A stretch of 64,000 bases of DNA from Leucoraja erinacea. Taxonomy: Eukaryota. The stretch is taken from positions 4,340,001 through 4,404,000 of the forward strand of contig NC_073393.1 in NCBI RefSeq assembly GCF_028641065.1, in the 5' to 3' direction. The translations under genes were made by a program, and so were the position numbers. The notes beneath the pieces were generated by a model. The model saw only the letters and a program-made list of their open reading frames with translations. It made no database searches and was not told the origin of the DNA. Shown here one piece after another: positions 1 to 12,842 of this stretch (within the stretch, counting starts at the first letter, position 1; each line of letters starts with the position of its first letter).

Positions 1-1860
1 GGCTGTACCCGCTGCGCCACGTGCAGCCGGCCTTTTCTTTCCCGGGGGGGGGGGGGGGGGGGGGGAGGGGTGACATTTTGAAAGTCCAACGGACGACGCC
101 GGGCGGCACGTGGGGCTTGGCGCCTCGAGCCCCGCGCGCTCACGAGGGCCCCCCCTCCCTCTGATTGGCCGGCGGTGCGCGCTCCCGCTCGCGGCCCCTC
201 CCTCCCCTCCCTCCCTCCCTCCCTCCGATTGGCCGGCGGTGCGCGCTCCCGCTCGCGGTCCGCCGCCCGCCTCCTTCAGTCTCCTCCACCCAGCGATAGG
301 GGCAGGAGGGAGGAGAGAGGGGGGGAGACAGACGCGCTCGGGTTAAAAAAGAAAAAGTCTCCGTCCAACCACTAGGGGCGGGCTTTTTATTTTTTCCCGC
401 TTCTTCCATTTAAAATCAATCCTCCCCTCCTTTTATTCGACTCACTTCTTTTCCCCCTCCTCACACACACACACACCAAAACAATACATATATGTATATG
501 CATATAATAAAACAAGCATTTAGACTCACCTTTGACAGCCCGAGGCTTGGATTGTTTGCGCCTGGACATGTCCAGTCCCTCGCTCGCCGGGAAGAAGCCG
601 CTGCCTGGCCGCCACTGACCGGTGCTCCAACCATCAATCTCTCCAGTCCCTCTGTGTGTGTGTGTGTGGTGTGTCTCTCTCACACACACACACACTCTCT
701 CCCTCCTCCTGCCCGATGCAATGCGGCAACTTCAACCTCTCCGAGTGGACTGCGTGTGACGTCTCTCCCCCTCGTACTTTTTTTTTCCCCTGTTGTTGGC
801 GGCGATGCTTTTTTTGTTTTAAGAAAAAAAAACTCGATTATTTTTTTTTTCCTTCTGCTTCTTCTTCTTCTTCAGCCGAGTGGGTGTTGGTGTTGATCTC
901 CTCCGCCTTCTCTTCTCTGCAACACACACACACACCCACCCACCCACAACTTCTTTGCAACTGGTGGATCCTGCACGAAGACAAGTGATTATTTACAGCA
1001 GGAGGTGATCGGAAAGGGGGGGGGTTGGAAACAAAAAGGACGGAGAGAGGTTTGCAAAGCCTCCCCCTTTGCACAAGACTTATTGCTCGACCAACAACAA
1101 AAAAAGATTTGCTCCCCCTCACAAAACAACAAGCGAGAGACTTTTCTTCACCCCCCCCCCCCTCCCTTCTCTCCCTCTCCTTTTGTTGCACGGAATTCAA
1201 TGCAACGGGGAGGACTTGAGAGCGAAGATCTCCTCAGGAAACAACGACAACAACGAAAAGAAGTGGAAGGGGGATTTTTTTTTCTCCACAACAAGAAAAA
1301 AAATTAATAATATCAGGCGTCTGTCTGTCTTTGTGAAGTGCCGACGGGCACCAAAGTCTGAGAGAAACTTGGCGGCGGGATCACCTGCTTGAAGGCTGGC
1401 TCTGGTTCTCCTCAGCCGTCCCAAGAAGAAGAAGAAGCAGAAGCAGGAAAGGAGGAGGATGATGAGTAGAAGGAGGAGGAGGAGGTGGTGGAGGAGGATG
1501 AAGAGGAGGAAGGCGGCTGCCTGGTTTAGCGGGGGTGCCGCCGGTGTTGAGAGAGGCGGCGGCGGCGGTGGCAGCAGCAGAAGAGGCGCCTCGGTGCCAT
1601 GTCCGCCGTCCGGCACGGGCAGCACAGCCGGCTCTTTGTGGCGGGAGCCGGGCGAGCTGGGCTGCTGCTTCTCCTCCCCTCGCAACTGCGTGGAGCACAC
1701 GCAGTGCAGACACATAATAAGCTGGGAAATTCAAGTAAGGCCCAAACCCATCAGGACCTCTCCACGGGGGAGCTTCCCCGCAGGGAGACGCGCCACACGT
1801 AATCACGGAGGAAATCGCTGTCCAAGTGCAGAGCACGCATGGTGAATAATGAAAAAAAAA
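1..1860. promoter_or_regulatory. CpG-rich promoter, 5' UTR and intron-1 region of znf423, with microsatellites (CA)n, (CTT)n, (GGA)n, (GGC)n
   Basis: High GC and CpG density around exon 1, GC box ggggcggg near 375, duplicated ATTGG/CCAAT modules at 163-194 and 227-258, no transposon sequence. Confidence 0.6.
530..569 (-). CDS. ZNF423: Zinc finger protein 423, first coding exon (MSRRKQSKPRAVK+G, phase 1); rest of gene lies beyond the left edge
   Basis: ATG at 569, 40-nt coding exon ending in AAAG|GTGAGT. The peptide matches the ZNF423/ZNF521 N-terminus MSRRKQAKPRS(V/L)K. Order and orientation relative to CNEP1R1 and HEATR3 match the known ZNF423 neighbourhood rather than ZNF521. Confidence 0.85.
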
Positions 1861-4800
1861 ATAATATATAAATCCTAGAGTGTTGTGCGATCATGTCCAA
1901 AGCCTGGAGCCGTGGACAAGCCTGGATCGGACTGCCAACACAATGCTGCCTTGCTCTCATTGTGTGTCTGCCTCCCCTCCTCTCACTTTATCCTTCCACA
2001 CACACAAAAGCCAACACAAAAAAAGTGCTGTTTGTGTGCCTCTTCCTCACTTCTCCTTCCAGCTACACACACACACAAAAACGCAACACAAAAAAAGTGC
2101 TGCAAACAGCTTTCTCTGCCCCCCAAAAAACTGCAAGCGTCTTCTGCAATCAGCAATCCTAATGCAAAACGTGTTTCGCTTAAAATACGTGCAATGCAAA
2201 AGAGGGAAACAACTACATCAAAACTACTTGCAGAGCTCCTGAAAGAAAGTAATTTGGATTTTTTTTTTTCCTTTGCAACACCGAGACCTAACGCTTAGGA
2301 AAAGGATGGTCGTCCTTTATTTAAATAATAATGCAACTTAAACAAGTCGCCTTGCAATTGCAAAAACTCCGCGTTTATTGTGGGGGTGGGAGGGGGGGGG
2401 TCATTCCATATTGCTGCGTCTTCATATTTTAAGTAAACGCGCAAAATAAGACAAAAAACAGGAGTCCGGGACAAAAAGAAAGCAAAGATATATTGATAGT
2501 GAGAAGGGTAATGGCAGAGCAAGGCGCCAGACTCATGTCCATTTAAGCAAGTCGCTCCAGCTGAACCACAAACTGCTGTAATGTTGCCATTACTGTACAT
2601 CTCCTTTGATTCGCAGAAGCAATCTCGCACTCACAGTTTTTAATAACCTAATTCCTACCGAACAATGGAAATTCTTTAGCTTCCAGCACGTAACTCCCTG
2701 CAGGGCACAGTGAATTTCAAAAATATCCGTAATGATAGAGTGGAATTAAAAGGGTATTAGTGTTAGTAATTCGTTTACATCTAATTATAAACTGATGGAA
2801 TTATGCCTATGTGGCTAACAAATATAATCGGTTTGAATTTATTTATGTGAATGTGTGTGTTGAGACGCGGTTAGACCACCTCTGTGATTTTAAATACGAT
2901 TTTCAAATGGGGTGGGGGGGGGGGGAGTATGGATGAGCAAGGGACAGGTTGGAAGTCAGACAGATTTTTAAGAAATGTAATAAATTAGCTATATTAATAA
3001 CACTTGTTTCCTGTGGTTAGTTTATGTGTTTAAACATTACCAGTGAGCATGACTCGGGTTTGACATCAAAAATGCGGTTTAAAATAAATGTGTTTAATTT
3101 AGCAATTTTGCAAACCAGATTGTTTCGCGTTGGATATTGCATAGAGCTGTGAAGTAGTATTTGTTCTTGCATTCAGTGTAATGTCGAGCTGAATTTTCGC
3201 CCCTTTGCCAGTTACACTGTGCCTTTTGTCTGCCCGTGAAACTTGCGCCATCTCCCGGACTTGTCTCAAATCTCCGCAATTATTTCGAAGCCGGTAAAGA
3301 AACCATCGGCGTTTTCGTTCCACTCACTCTACAATTATTTGACTAAATGCCGCTGAACATGGAGGGGGGCTTTAAAAAGTATAGAATGTTTTGCATTTGT
3401 TCCAATAAGTTTAACAATAGTTATTCCCACGCCATATTTTAACAGCCTCGATTAATCTAATTTGCAATGTTATTGCCTTTATTACAAAACCTCGCAGTAC
3501 AATTATCAAAAGTTAAATACCGAATACCCGAAAAAATAAATGAATCGCAGCACTAAACACGCAAAGACGGAACGATCCCCCGCATTAAGTTTGAATTTTC
3601 CAGTTCGTTTTGACTCTTTTGTTCATGAAATGATTTCCAGCGGTGTTGGATTGATTTCAGCTACCACTTGCAGTTTAAAGACAGCTTTGAGGAAACCATT
3701 TCAATACACTGACGTTTTATATTGAACATTAAACTCAAATGGTTAAGGTTCGTGCAGCCGACTTAAAGAATGAAATGATCTCTGGTACACTCGCTTTATT
3801 TTCAAATGCAAACACCGCATCAACACACTTAAAACATTTCGACAAACTATGCAACAACATGTAAATATATACAGAATATAAAGTATGACAATTCCTCGAT
3901 GGTTTTTGAGTAGAAATAAACATGTTCGGCCCTCACAACCGGGCAATTGTTACTCTTCCTAGCCACTTGTTCATCATTTTTTCTAATATACTGAACGTGA
4001 TTTGCGGTAAATAATAGATGACAGATCTTGCCTGAAAGAAATGTGATTTTCACCGTTTATTTACATCCACGTTCAGAAACCTGCTACTGGAACTGAATCT
4101 GTAACTCTCGTGAAATTAAACCATGAATGTATTATTATGACAGCTTTACTGCGATTCCAAGTTCAAAGAGTATTCAAAGTTTATCGGCGAAAATGCAAAA
4201 CATTTATTTAATGTCGGAAAGAAGACATTCCTCGGTCCTTTAAAAATCCAAGGACGGCGTAGGTTCAATAATATCAGGTATCGCGTTTATCGCGCTTTTT
4301 TGCTTATTTCGATGAATAAGTGACCTTTCTAGTTGCTATCCAATTGACTCTTTATATTGGAAATTGATTAAACAATGGAGCCCATCATCTCAATTACTGT
4401 AAACACCAACATGTTTTCAAATGCTGATGTTATAAGGCTTTAATTTTGACGATTGTTTCTTGTGGTACAGCAGTAAAACGCTGTATTCCTACTGCAGTAA
4501 CAGCTCCGATGAAAGGTCGATGACCCGAACCTTTCGCACAGCTCGCCCCTTGACAATGCTGTCCGACCTGCTGAGTATTTCCAGCATTTCCTTGCCGATA
4601 ATCCTGAAATGCTTGGTAACAAATACTCTATGTCGAACATCAACAGCAAAATAAAGTCGCGCTAAGTCGGCAACATTGCAAGTTCGGTTCCTTTACAAAT
4701 ATGCACCATCAGAAAATAGGATTGACATTTAATTCAATGTAATAAATACCCTGCATTTTTCAATATAATATAAATATAATCCTTTCCGGCGGTGAGGCGC

Positions 4801-5864
4801 CTTTTAACAAACATTAGAATAGCGATTTTTACTGGAACAAAATATCATTTGAAATTGTCGAAAATGTTACCAAACTTCATGAAATTCCAATAATTTGGTT
4901 ATATTTTCGTAAAATAATCTATCAAAATATGATCTTTTTTTTTAATGTGCAACCGGCATTAAAGCGGATGCCTCTCTGTTCATAAATGGACGAAATAGTT
5001 AATTAAGACTGCGTCTGAAATGGTAACTGTAAATTTCGAATTCGGCTAGTTTGTAACCACTAGAGAAACGGGGCAAGAAAGTATTGGACGAGAATTAATT
5101 TACTGGGCAATCAGAAAGTTCTGCACAAAATACATGTCAAATATATACTGTTCCTTTTCATCTACTTTTCTGACTTCAAAGCAAATGTAACCGTGACCGG
5201 TTATAAATATTAAGCAAAGCTTCAAAATGCTGGAGGAACTTAATGGGTCAGGCAGCATCTGTGGAGGGAATGGGCAGGTGACGTTTCGGATCGGGACCCT
5301 TTTTCAATCCCCACTCAAGATTCTACCATCTGCAGTTCGGGGTGTCTCTTGGCTACGAGTATTAAGCCGATTCTTCCACCATAACAACATTTCGATTATT
5401 TGTACCCAAAAAGAAGATTTAAAAACTGTTGTGCTGGTGAATGTGTTTTCATTAATAAATTTGTATGATACATCATTTCTGTTTTTGTGTGAACAATAAG
5501 GCAAAAATTGATACAAAGCTGATCAAAGCTGTTCCCACTGCATCTTCCTTTGAAATCACCAACCCTTTTGCCTTATTGCTTCCCATTGTCCAAGATCCCA
5601 AACGCTCATTTGATCTAATGGCCAACATGCTTTTTTCAAGCTTGTATACTGCATCTGCTATTCCAAAATGGGCTTTGGGGGGAAACCAAACAAGGTTTGC
5701 AAAAGGAACCCAACCCGAAACATCACCTATCCATGTTCTCCAGGGATGCTGCCTGCCCTGCTGAGTTGCTCCAGCACTTTGTGTCCTTGTAAACCAGCTT
5801 AGATCTACAGACAGGACGATTTCTCTGTTCAAAGATTTGGCACCTTTCCTGTTCATTTTGAATC

Positions 5865-6460
5865 TCAAACCCCTTCTGACAATGGGTGGTGAATCTGTGG
5901 AATTCATTGCCACAGAAGGTCAGCAATAGATATTTTTAAGACAGAGATTATAGACAATAGACAATAGGTGCAGGAGAAGGCCATTTGGCCCATCGAGCCA
6001 GCACCGCAATTCAATGTGATCATCCCCAATCAGTACCCTGTTCCTTCCTGCCTTCTCCCCATATCCCCTGACTCCGCTATTTTTAAGAGCCCTATCTAGC
6101 TCTCTCTTGAAAGCATCCAGAGAACCTGCTTCCACCGCCCTCTGAGGCAGAGAATTCCACAGACTCACCACTCTCTGTGAGAAAAAGTGTTTCCTCGTCT
6201 CTGTTCTAAATGGCTTACTCCTTATTCTTAAACTGTGGCCCCTGGTTCTGGACTCCCCCAACATCGGGAACATGTTTCCTGCCTCTAGTGTGTCCAAGCC
6301 CTTAACAATCTTATATGTTTCAATGAGATATCCTCTCATCCTTCTAAACTCCAGAGTGTACAAGCCCAGCTGCTCCATTCTCCCAGCATATGACAGTCCC
6401 GCCATCCCAGGAATTAACCTTGTAAACCTACGCTGCACTTCCTCATTAGCACGAATGTCC
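5865..6460 (-). mobile_element. CR1-clade (HER1-like) LINE 3' fragment, ORF2 C-terminus plus 3' tail
   Basis: ORF 5920..6438 QRRFTRLIPGMAGLSY...LEFRRMRGYLIETYKI...RTRGHSLRI...FFSQRVVSLWNSLP is the typical CR1 ORF2 tail, followed by a (ctattgt)-type repeat. Confidence 0.9.
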
Positions 6461-6944
6461 AGTGTATAGATATATGGTAAGGGAATAACGTTTAGTGTAA
6501 AGCCGTTAGTGTGCCACTATTCTTCATGTCTCTTCTGCACTGTAAACTGTTATGGACAACAATTGGAAAATAAGACTCATTTGGTATATATATATATATA
6601 TATATATGGTATAGGAAGAGGTGGTCCACCATGTTCTGTCACTGAGGTGGGATTAGGGTTGTGAACATCCAATCAAGAACCAGTGGTTGTAGAAAATAAG
6701 TTGTTCCTGAACCTGGTGGTGTGGGACCTCAGCGCCTGTACTTCCTGCCCAATGATAGCAATGAGAGGAGAGCATGGCTCGGATGGTGAGGATCCTTGAT
6801 GATAGATGCTGCCTTCTGGAGGCAGTGCCTATTGTAGATGCTTGCGATGCACCAGGCTAGGTCCACCCCTATCTGCAATTCCCCATACCATGCAACCAGT
6901 CAGCATAAAGTTGAAGCTGTCCTTGAACATTCCAGCTAGTTTTG

Positions 6945-7225
6945 TATAGTATGGAGATACAGAGCAGAAACAGGCCCTTCGGCCCACCAAGTCCACGCCG
7001 ACCAGCGATCACCCGTATATTAACACACCAACCTTCACACTAGAGACAATGGATAATTTTTACCGAAACCAATTAATCTACACACCAGTACATCTTTGGA
7101 GTGTGGGAGGAAAGTGGAGCACCTGGAGAAAACCCACGCGGGTCACAGCCAGCACCTGTAGTCAGGATCGAACCCGGGTCCCCAGCACTGTAAGGCAGCA
7201 ACTCTACCGCTACTCCACCATGCTG
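6945..7225 (-). mobile_element. tRNA-derived SINE (HE1/V-SINE-like)
   Basis: Minus strand has a tRNA-like head (B box GGTTCGATCC), the body gggttttctcc...tttcctcccacactccaaaga, and a tail ggccgaagggcctgtttc shared with the LINE 3' end. Confidence 0.8.
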
Positions 7226-7914
7226 TGCACTGTGCAGTTGGTCCGTGCAGGTCTTTTGCATTTTGGACAGGCACAGCGTCTGGGCTCGAAGCTTTGTGTG
7301 GATTCACCCTCGAGAAGTAAGCTGTTGTTGGCCCTGAGAGATGAAAGAGTCCTCAGGGGCTGTGGGGGCTCGTATAGGTGTGATATTTTACCACGTTACA
7401 TAGCATACATAAAAGGCATTGAGCTCAATTAGAAATGATGGATGATTGACAGGTGGGACAGTTTTAACTTGTGAGTCAGAAGTTGACCATATTGGTGAGT
7501 CAATAATCGCAGAAAGACTTGACCAGACAGTAGACTACAAAGTCATGTTTACCAAGTGATGCCACAGCGAGTCTGAATTGTCATGAGGTTGGGTTCTGCA
7601 GCCGAGATAGCTTGGTAGATCACCTTTGCTTAGGTTTTTTAGAGTAAAGCTGTTCGCCTATATTTTTGAAGGAGGCGATGATGGCTTGGAGCTTGGCCTC
7701 CAAGTATGTACGTTGCACGTTGCAACTGACTTCGTATGCCCTTGCCTCTGGAATGGAAATAACCCATTCATTCTACTGATTAGCTTCACACCAGCAGTTA
7801 GCACAACCAACAGTGCAAAGGGAAGAACATCAGTGCATAATGTAGTATTATCTGCAGAGAAAGTGCAGATAAAAAGAATGAAAAGGCTGCAACGAGGTAG
7901 GTTGGGAAATCGGG

Positions 7915-8175
7915 ACAATAGACAATAGGGGCAGGAGTAGGCCATTTGACCCTTCGAACCAGCACTGCCATTCTATGTGATCATGGCTGATCATCCCAAA
8001 TCAGTGCCCCGTTCCTGGATTCTCCCCATATCCCCCGACTCCGCTATTTTTAAGAGCCCTATCTAACTCGCTCTTGAAAGCATCCAGAGAACCGGCCTTC
8101 ACCGCCCTCTGAGGCAGAGAATTCCACAGACTCACCTCTCTCCGTTCTAAATGGCTTAGGCCTTATTCTTAAAAT
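7915..8175 (-). mobile_element. CR1/HER1-like LINE 3' end fragment
   Basis: Same 3' tail as 5950-6200 (gacaatagacaatagg...gcagagaattccacagactcacc). Confidence 0.85.
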
Positions 8176-8199
8176 GACATCTCATCTTATGAGAGAACC

Positions 8200-8825
8200 G
8201 TTTAGTAGTTTGATAAAAAAAAGTGGGCATGAAGCTGTTCCTAAATCTGGTTGTGTGTGCTTTCAGGTTTTGGACACTTCTGCCCAGTGGGAGAGAAGAG
8301 GGAATGACCGGGGTGAAAATCGTTGTTGATTATATTGGCTGCTTTCCGGAGGTAGATAAGAGTGAAGGTCAGACTCAATGGCGATAGAGGAAAGCTGTTT
8401 TGTACGATGGGCTGTGCTACATCCACAACTCTGTGCAATTTCTTGCTGTCCTAGGCAGAGCTGTTGTCAAACCAAGCTGTGATTCATCCCAATAGTATGT
8501 TTTCCATGGCGCACCTGTAGAAGTCGGTAAGTCATTGGAAACATGCTGAACCTCTTTGGTCATCTGAGGAAGTGGAGATGTTGGGTGGTAGCTTTGACCA
8601 GGCCAAATTAATGGTGATATTTACATCTAGGTACCTGAAGCTTCCAACCATCTCCACTTCAGCACCTTGACAGGGGCATGTACATGACCTAATTCTGCTC
8701 TTAATGAAGTCAATAACCAGTTCCATTGTCTTGATGACATTAAGGGAGAGGTTGATATCTTGACACCATGTTATTAAGCTAGCTTTCTCCTTCATATACT
8801 CTGTCTCATCATTGTCCAACCACAT
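8200..8825 (-). mobile_element. Degenerate Rex1/Babar-like LINE reverse-transcriptase C-terminal fragment
   Basis: Minus-strand peptides WCQDINLSLNVIKTMELVIDF, VEMVGSFRYLDVNIT and KAANIINNDFHPGHSLF resemble Rex1-type ORF ends; frameshifted. Confidence 0.65.
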
Positions 8826-9339
8826 TCAATCTATCGGTTAGGATCATAGCTTGCACACCACCATGCAGAAGGCATAGACCAGAGACATTTCTCAACGCAG
8901 CCAAATTTGAGAAGGGTCTGTTATAGTCCTATAGTGCAGTTCCAGTCAATGTACCAAAAAGTAACATTCAAGCAAGTACTGAAGACAAGACAGATACTGG
9001 AAGTACATGGATTTCAAATGTAAATAATAATTTAAATCCCCCAGGAAAACCAAACATTTAAATATGTTGCAAATATATCAGTGGGAAATAGAACTGGAAA
9101 ATATTGGTATTGTTACAGCAACAAATTAACAAATATTTACCACTGGCAGGAGCATTGTTTTTTCAAAACAAACATCATTTGTCGTTGTCATTCTAAGTGT
9201 AATCTATTCTTCATGAGTCACTCTTGTTTAATTTTTGTGAATAAATCTGAATAATTCAGACTATAAATCTATTTTGCAGTCTTTTTAAGGGAGCAAGGAG
9301 AGAAATAAAGTTTATTGCACACTAATGATCTAAGACCCT

Positions 9340-9930
9340 GCCAATCCTTAGGACATCCACATTCAGGGACAGTTTCTTCCCAGCCGTTATCAGGCAACTG
9401 AACCATCCTACCATATCCAGAGAGCAGTGCTGAACTACGATCTACCTCATTGGTGACCCTCGGACTATCTTTGATCGGACTTTGCTGGCTTTACCTTGCA
9501 CTAAACGTTATTCCCTTATCATGTATATACACACTGTAATCGGATCGATTGTAATCATGTATTGTCTGAACCACACAGAGAGTGGCGAGTGTGGAATTCT
9601 CTGCCTCAGAGGGCAGTGGAGGCAGGTTATCTGGATGCTTTCAAGAGAGCTCATTTCATTTCATTTCACTGCACATCTCGTATGTGTATGTGACAAATAA
9701 ACTTGACTTGACTTGACTTGACTAGACTAGATAGGGCTCTTAAAGATAGTGGAGTCAGGGGATATGGGGAGAAGGCAGGAACGGGGTACTGGTTGGGGAT
9801 GATCAGCCATGATCACATTGAATGGCGGTGCTGGCTCGAGGGGCCAAATGGCCTACTCCTGCACCTATTGTCTTGTCTTTCTGCTGCACACAACAAAAGC
9901 TTTTCATTGCACTTCGGTACATGCGACGAT
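9340..9930 (+). mobile_element. Nested Rex1-like 3' UTR element interrupted by a CR1 3' fragment
   Basis: cagtttcttcccagccgttatcaggcaactgaacc... recurs inverted at ~44900-45160. CR1 tail at ~9575-9875 with a (gactt)n microsatellite. Confidence 0.6.
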
Positions 9931-10809
9931 AAACTAAACTGTGACTTTTTCCAATTTCATCAGAACCTTTAACATTCTGACTGTCCTTGAAAGAGTTAAA
10001 GTTGGCGCAACCAGTCTATGTGTAACTGTTTTGTATGTATGTAGGTGTTTTGTCATTCGCAAAAACCTCAGTTACCTGACAACAAAATGGCCCGGATCAT
10101 GCTCACACTGTCTAGGTCTTTCTTCCTCAAGGGCCAGCTCATCTCCGACTTCGACATCTCAATGTGTGCGCGCTGAGGTCAACAGGCCAGAGACCTTCTG
10201 CCCACCACGAGGCTCACCATGGAGTCCGGCAGCAGAGTGCTGACATGCTGTGCTGATAGGTTGCACACATTTCACATTCAGTGCCAGTACTGATGGCACG
10301 GCCCTGCAAAACTGACCTTGAGTTTGAAAAAAGATGAAGTGAAACGAACAACTATTTAATGTTTGTGACCAGTCTTGGCATTACTTACACTTTACATTAT
10401 TTAAATTAAAACAAGCCTATTTGACATCAAGCATTTATGACCATGACTATCTATGGCACGAAGGCCTCAGTGCAGTGTGGATAAAACATCACTTAAAGAA
10501 CAGGTTACAGAAAGCAATAAATGATTTTTTTTTTTTGGTAGACAAAAAAGTGCTGGAGAAACTCAGCGGGTGCAGCAGTATCTATGGAGCGAAGGAAATA
10601 GGCAACGCTTCCGGCCGAAACCCTTCTTCGGATTTTTTTTTGTTGTTGTTGATACAGCATGGAAACAGGCCCTTCGGCCCACGCTGACCATTAAATATCC
10701 TTTCACACTCATTCTATGCTATCCCACTTGATCATTCACTCCCAACACATTAGGGGCAATTTACAGAGGACAATTAATGACAAACCTGCACGTCTTTGGG
10801 GTGTGGGAG

Positions 10810-11425
10810 GGAATCGACTATAGGAGCAAAGAGGTCCTTCTGCAGTTGTACACAGCCCAAGTGAGACCACACCTGGAGTATGGTGTGCAGTTTTGGTCCC
10901 CTAATTTGAGAAAGGACGTTCTTGCTATTGAGGGAGTGCATCATAGGTTTACAAGGTTAATTCCTGGGATGGTGGGACTGTCATATGCTGAGAGAATGGA
11001 GCAGCTGGGCTTGTACACTCTGGAGTTTAGACGAATGAGAGGGGATCTCATTGAAACATATAAGATTGTTAAGGGTTTGGACATGCTAGAGGCAGGAAAC
11101 ATGTTCCCGATGTTGGGGGAGTCCAGAAACAGGGGCCACAGTTTAAGAATAAGGAGTAAGCCATTTAGACCGAAGATGATGAAACACTTTTTCTCACAGA
11201 GAATGGTAAGTCTGTGTAATTCTCTGCCTCAGAGGGTGGTGGAGGCAGGTTCTCTGGATGCTTTCAAGAGAGAGCTGGATAGGGCTCTTAAAGATAGCGT
11301 AGTTAGGAGATATGGGGAGAATGCAGGAACGGGGTACTGATTGGGGATGATCAGCCATGATCACATTGAATGGCGGTGCTGGCTCGAAGGACCAAATGGC
11401 CTACTCCTGCACCTATCGTCTATTG
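10810..11425 (+). mobile_element. CR1/HER1-like LINE 3' fragment inserted into an HE1-like SINE (SINE halves at ~10650-10810 and ~11430-11555)
   Basis: ORF 10777..11340 contains LYTAQVRPHLEYGVQFWSP...LCNSLP. The SINE sequence resumes after the LINE tail. Confidence 0.85.
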
Positions 11426-11684
11426 AAATCCACGAGGGGAATCCACAGGGAGAATGTGCAAGCACCTCAGACAACATCCAAGGTCAGGATCAAACGCGGG
11501 TCTTTAGCGCTGTGAGACAGCAGCTCCACCAACAGCTCCACTGTGCTGTCCCGATTTGATGTAAATGGTGTTCCCCAAAAGTCAGTGTTACAATCACTGC
11601 TTCTTTTAATAACTATTAATAATTCAGACTTGGGAATACAGGGTATAATTTCCAAATTTATAGGCAACACAGAATTTTGAAGGT

Positions 11685-12420
11685 GTCATGGTGATACAGT
11701 TTGGAAACAGGCCCTTCGACCCAACTTGTCCACACCGGCCAACATGTCCCAGCTACACTAGTCTTACCGGCCCACATTTGGTCTATATCCCTCCAAACCT
11801 GCCCTATCCATGCACCTGTAAGTTTTTTTTTTTAATTGTCCCAGCCTCAACTACCTCCTCTAGCAGCTTGTTCCATACACCCACCACCCTTTGTGTGAAA
11901 AAGTTACTGCTCAGATTCCTATTAAATCTTTTCCCCTTCACCTTAAACCTATGTCCTCTGATCCTCAATGCACCTACTCTGGGCAAGTGACTCTGCGCAT
12001 GTACCCAATCTATTCCTTCCGTGATCTTATACACCTCTATAAGATCACCCCTCATCCTTCTGCGCTCCAAGGAATAGAGTCCCAGCCTATCCAACCTTTC
12101 CCTGTGCCTCACATCAACTAGTCCTGGCAACATTTTTGGAAATCTTCTCTGTACCCTTTCCACCTTGACATCTTTCCTATAACACGGTGCCCAGAACTGA
12201 ACACAATACTCTAAATGCAGCCTCACCAAGGTCTTACTGTATACAATTGCAACATGACCTCCCAACTTCTATACTCGATACTCTGGCTGTGTACGTCCTA
12301 CCCATGTTAGACTTCTGAAAATGCAGCACCTCACATTTCTCTGCATTACATTCCTTTGCAACCATTCCTCAGCCCACGCGGCCAATCAATCAAGATTCTG
12401 CTGCAATTTTTCACGACCAT
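11685..12420 (-). mobile_element. CR1/HER1-like LINE 3' fragment, second subfamily with the SINE-shared tail
   Basis: ORF 11804..12265 LVRLHLEYCVQFWAP...FFTQRVVGVWN; tail aagggcctgtttcc. Confidence 0.85.
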
Positions 12421-12534
12421 CTGTGAAGTATGGGAAATGTGACAAGCAAGTGGAATGACTGATGGCCGACTGCGAATTTAACACTGGAAATGCACTGTTA
12501 TATTTTAAGAATGAAGTAGTAATATGGAGAGAAT

Positions 12535-12842
12535 TAGCTTAGTTTGGAGATAAGAGTGCGGAAACAGGCTCTTCGGCCCACCGATCCTCGCACACTAACA
12601 CTATCCTACACACACACACACACACACACACTAGAGACAATTTACATTTATACCAAACCAATTAACCTACAAAACTGCACGTCTTTCGAGTGTGGGAGGA
12701 AAGCGAAGAACACGGAGAAAACCCACGCGGTCACGGGGAGAACGTACAAACTCCGTACAGACAAATGCCTGTAGTCCGGATCGAACCCGGGTCTCCGGTG
12801 CTGTAAGGCAGTGGTTCTATCGCTGCGCCACTGTGCCGCCCC
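12535..12842 (-). mobile_element. HE1-like tRNA-derived SINE
   Basis: Minus strand begins ggcggcacagtggcgcagcg (A box) ... gggttcgatcc (B box), followed by the conserved body and tail. Confidence 0.85.

Noticed and set aside
530-569. Assignment as ZNF521 or another MSRRKQ protein (SALL, BCL11)
   Set aside because: The motif alone is ambiguous, but adjacency and orientation to CNEP1R1 and HEATR3 favour ZNF423.
110-2300. Many overlapping ORFs around the znf423 promoter
   Set aside because: Low-complexity translations of microsatellites and GC-rich sequence; only the 40-nt exon at 530-569 has protein and splice support.
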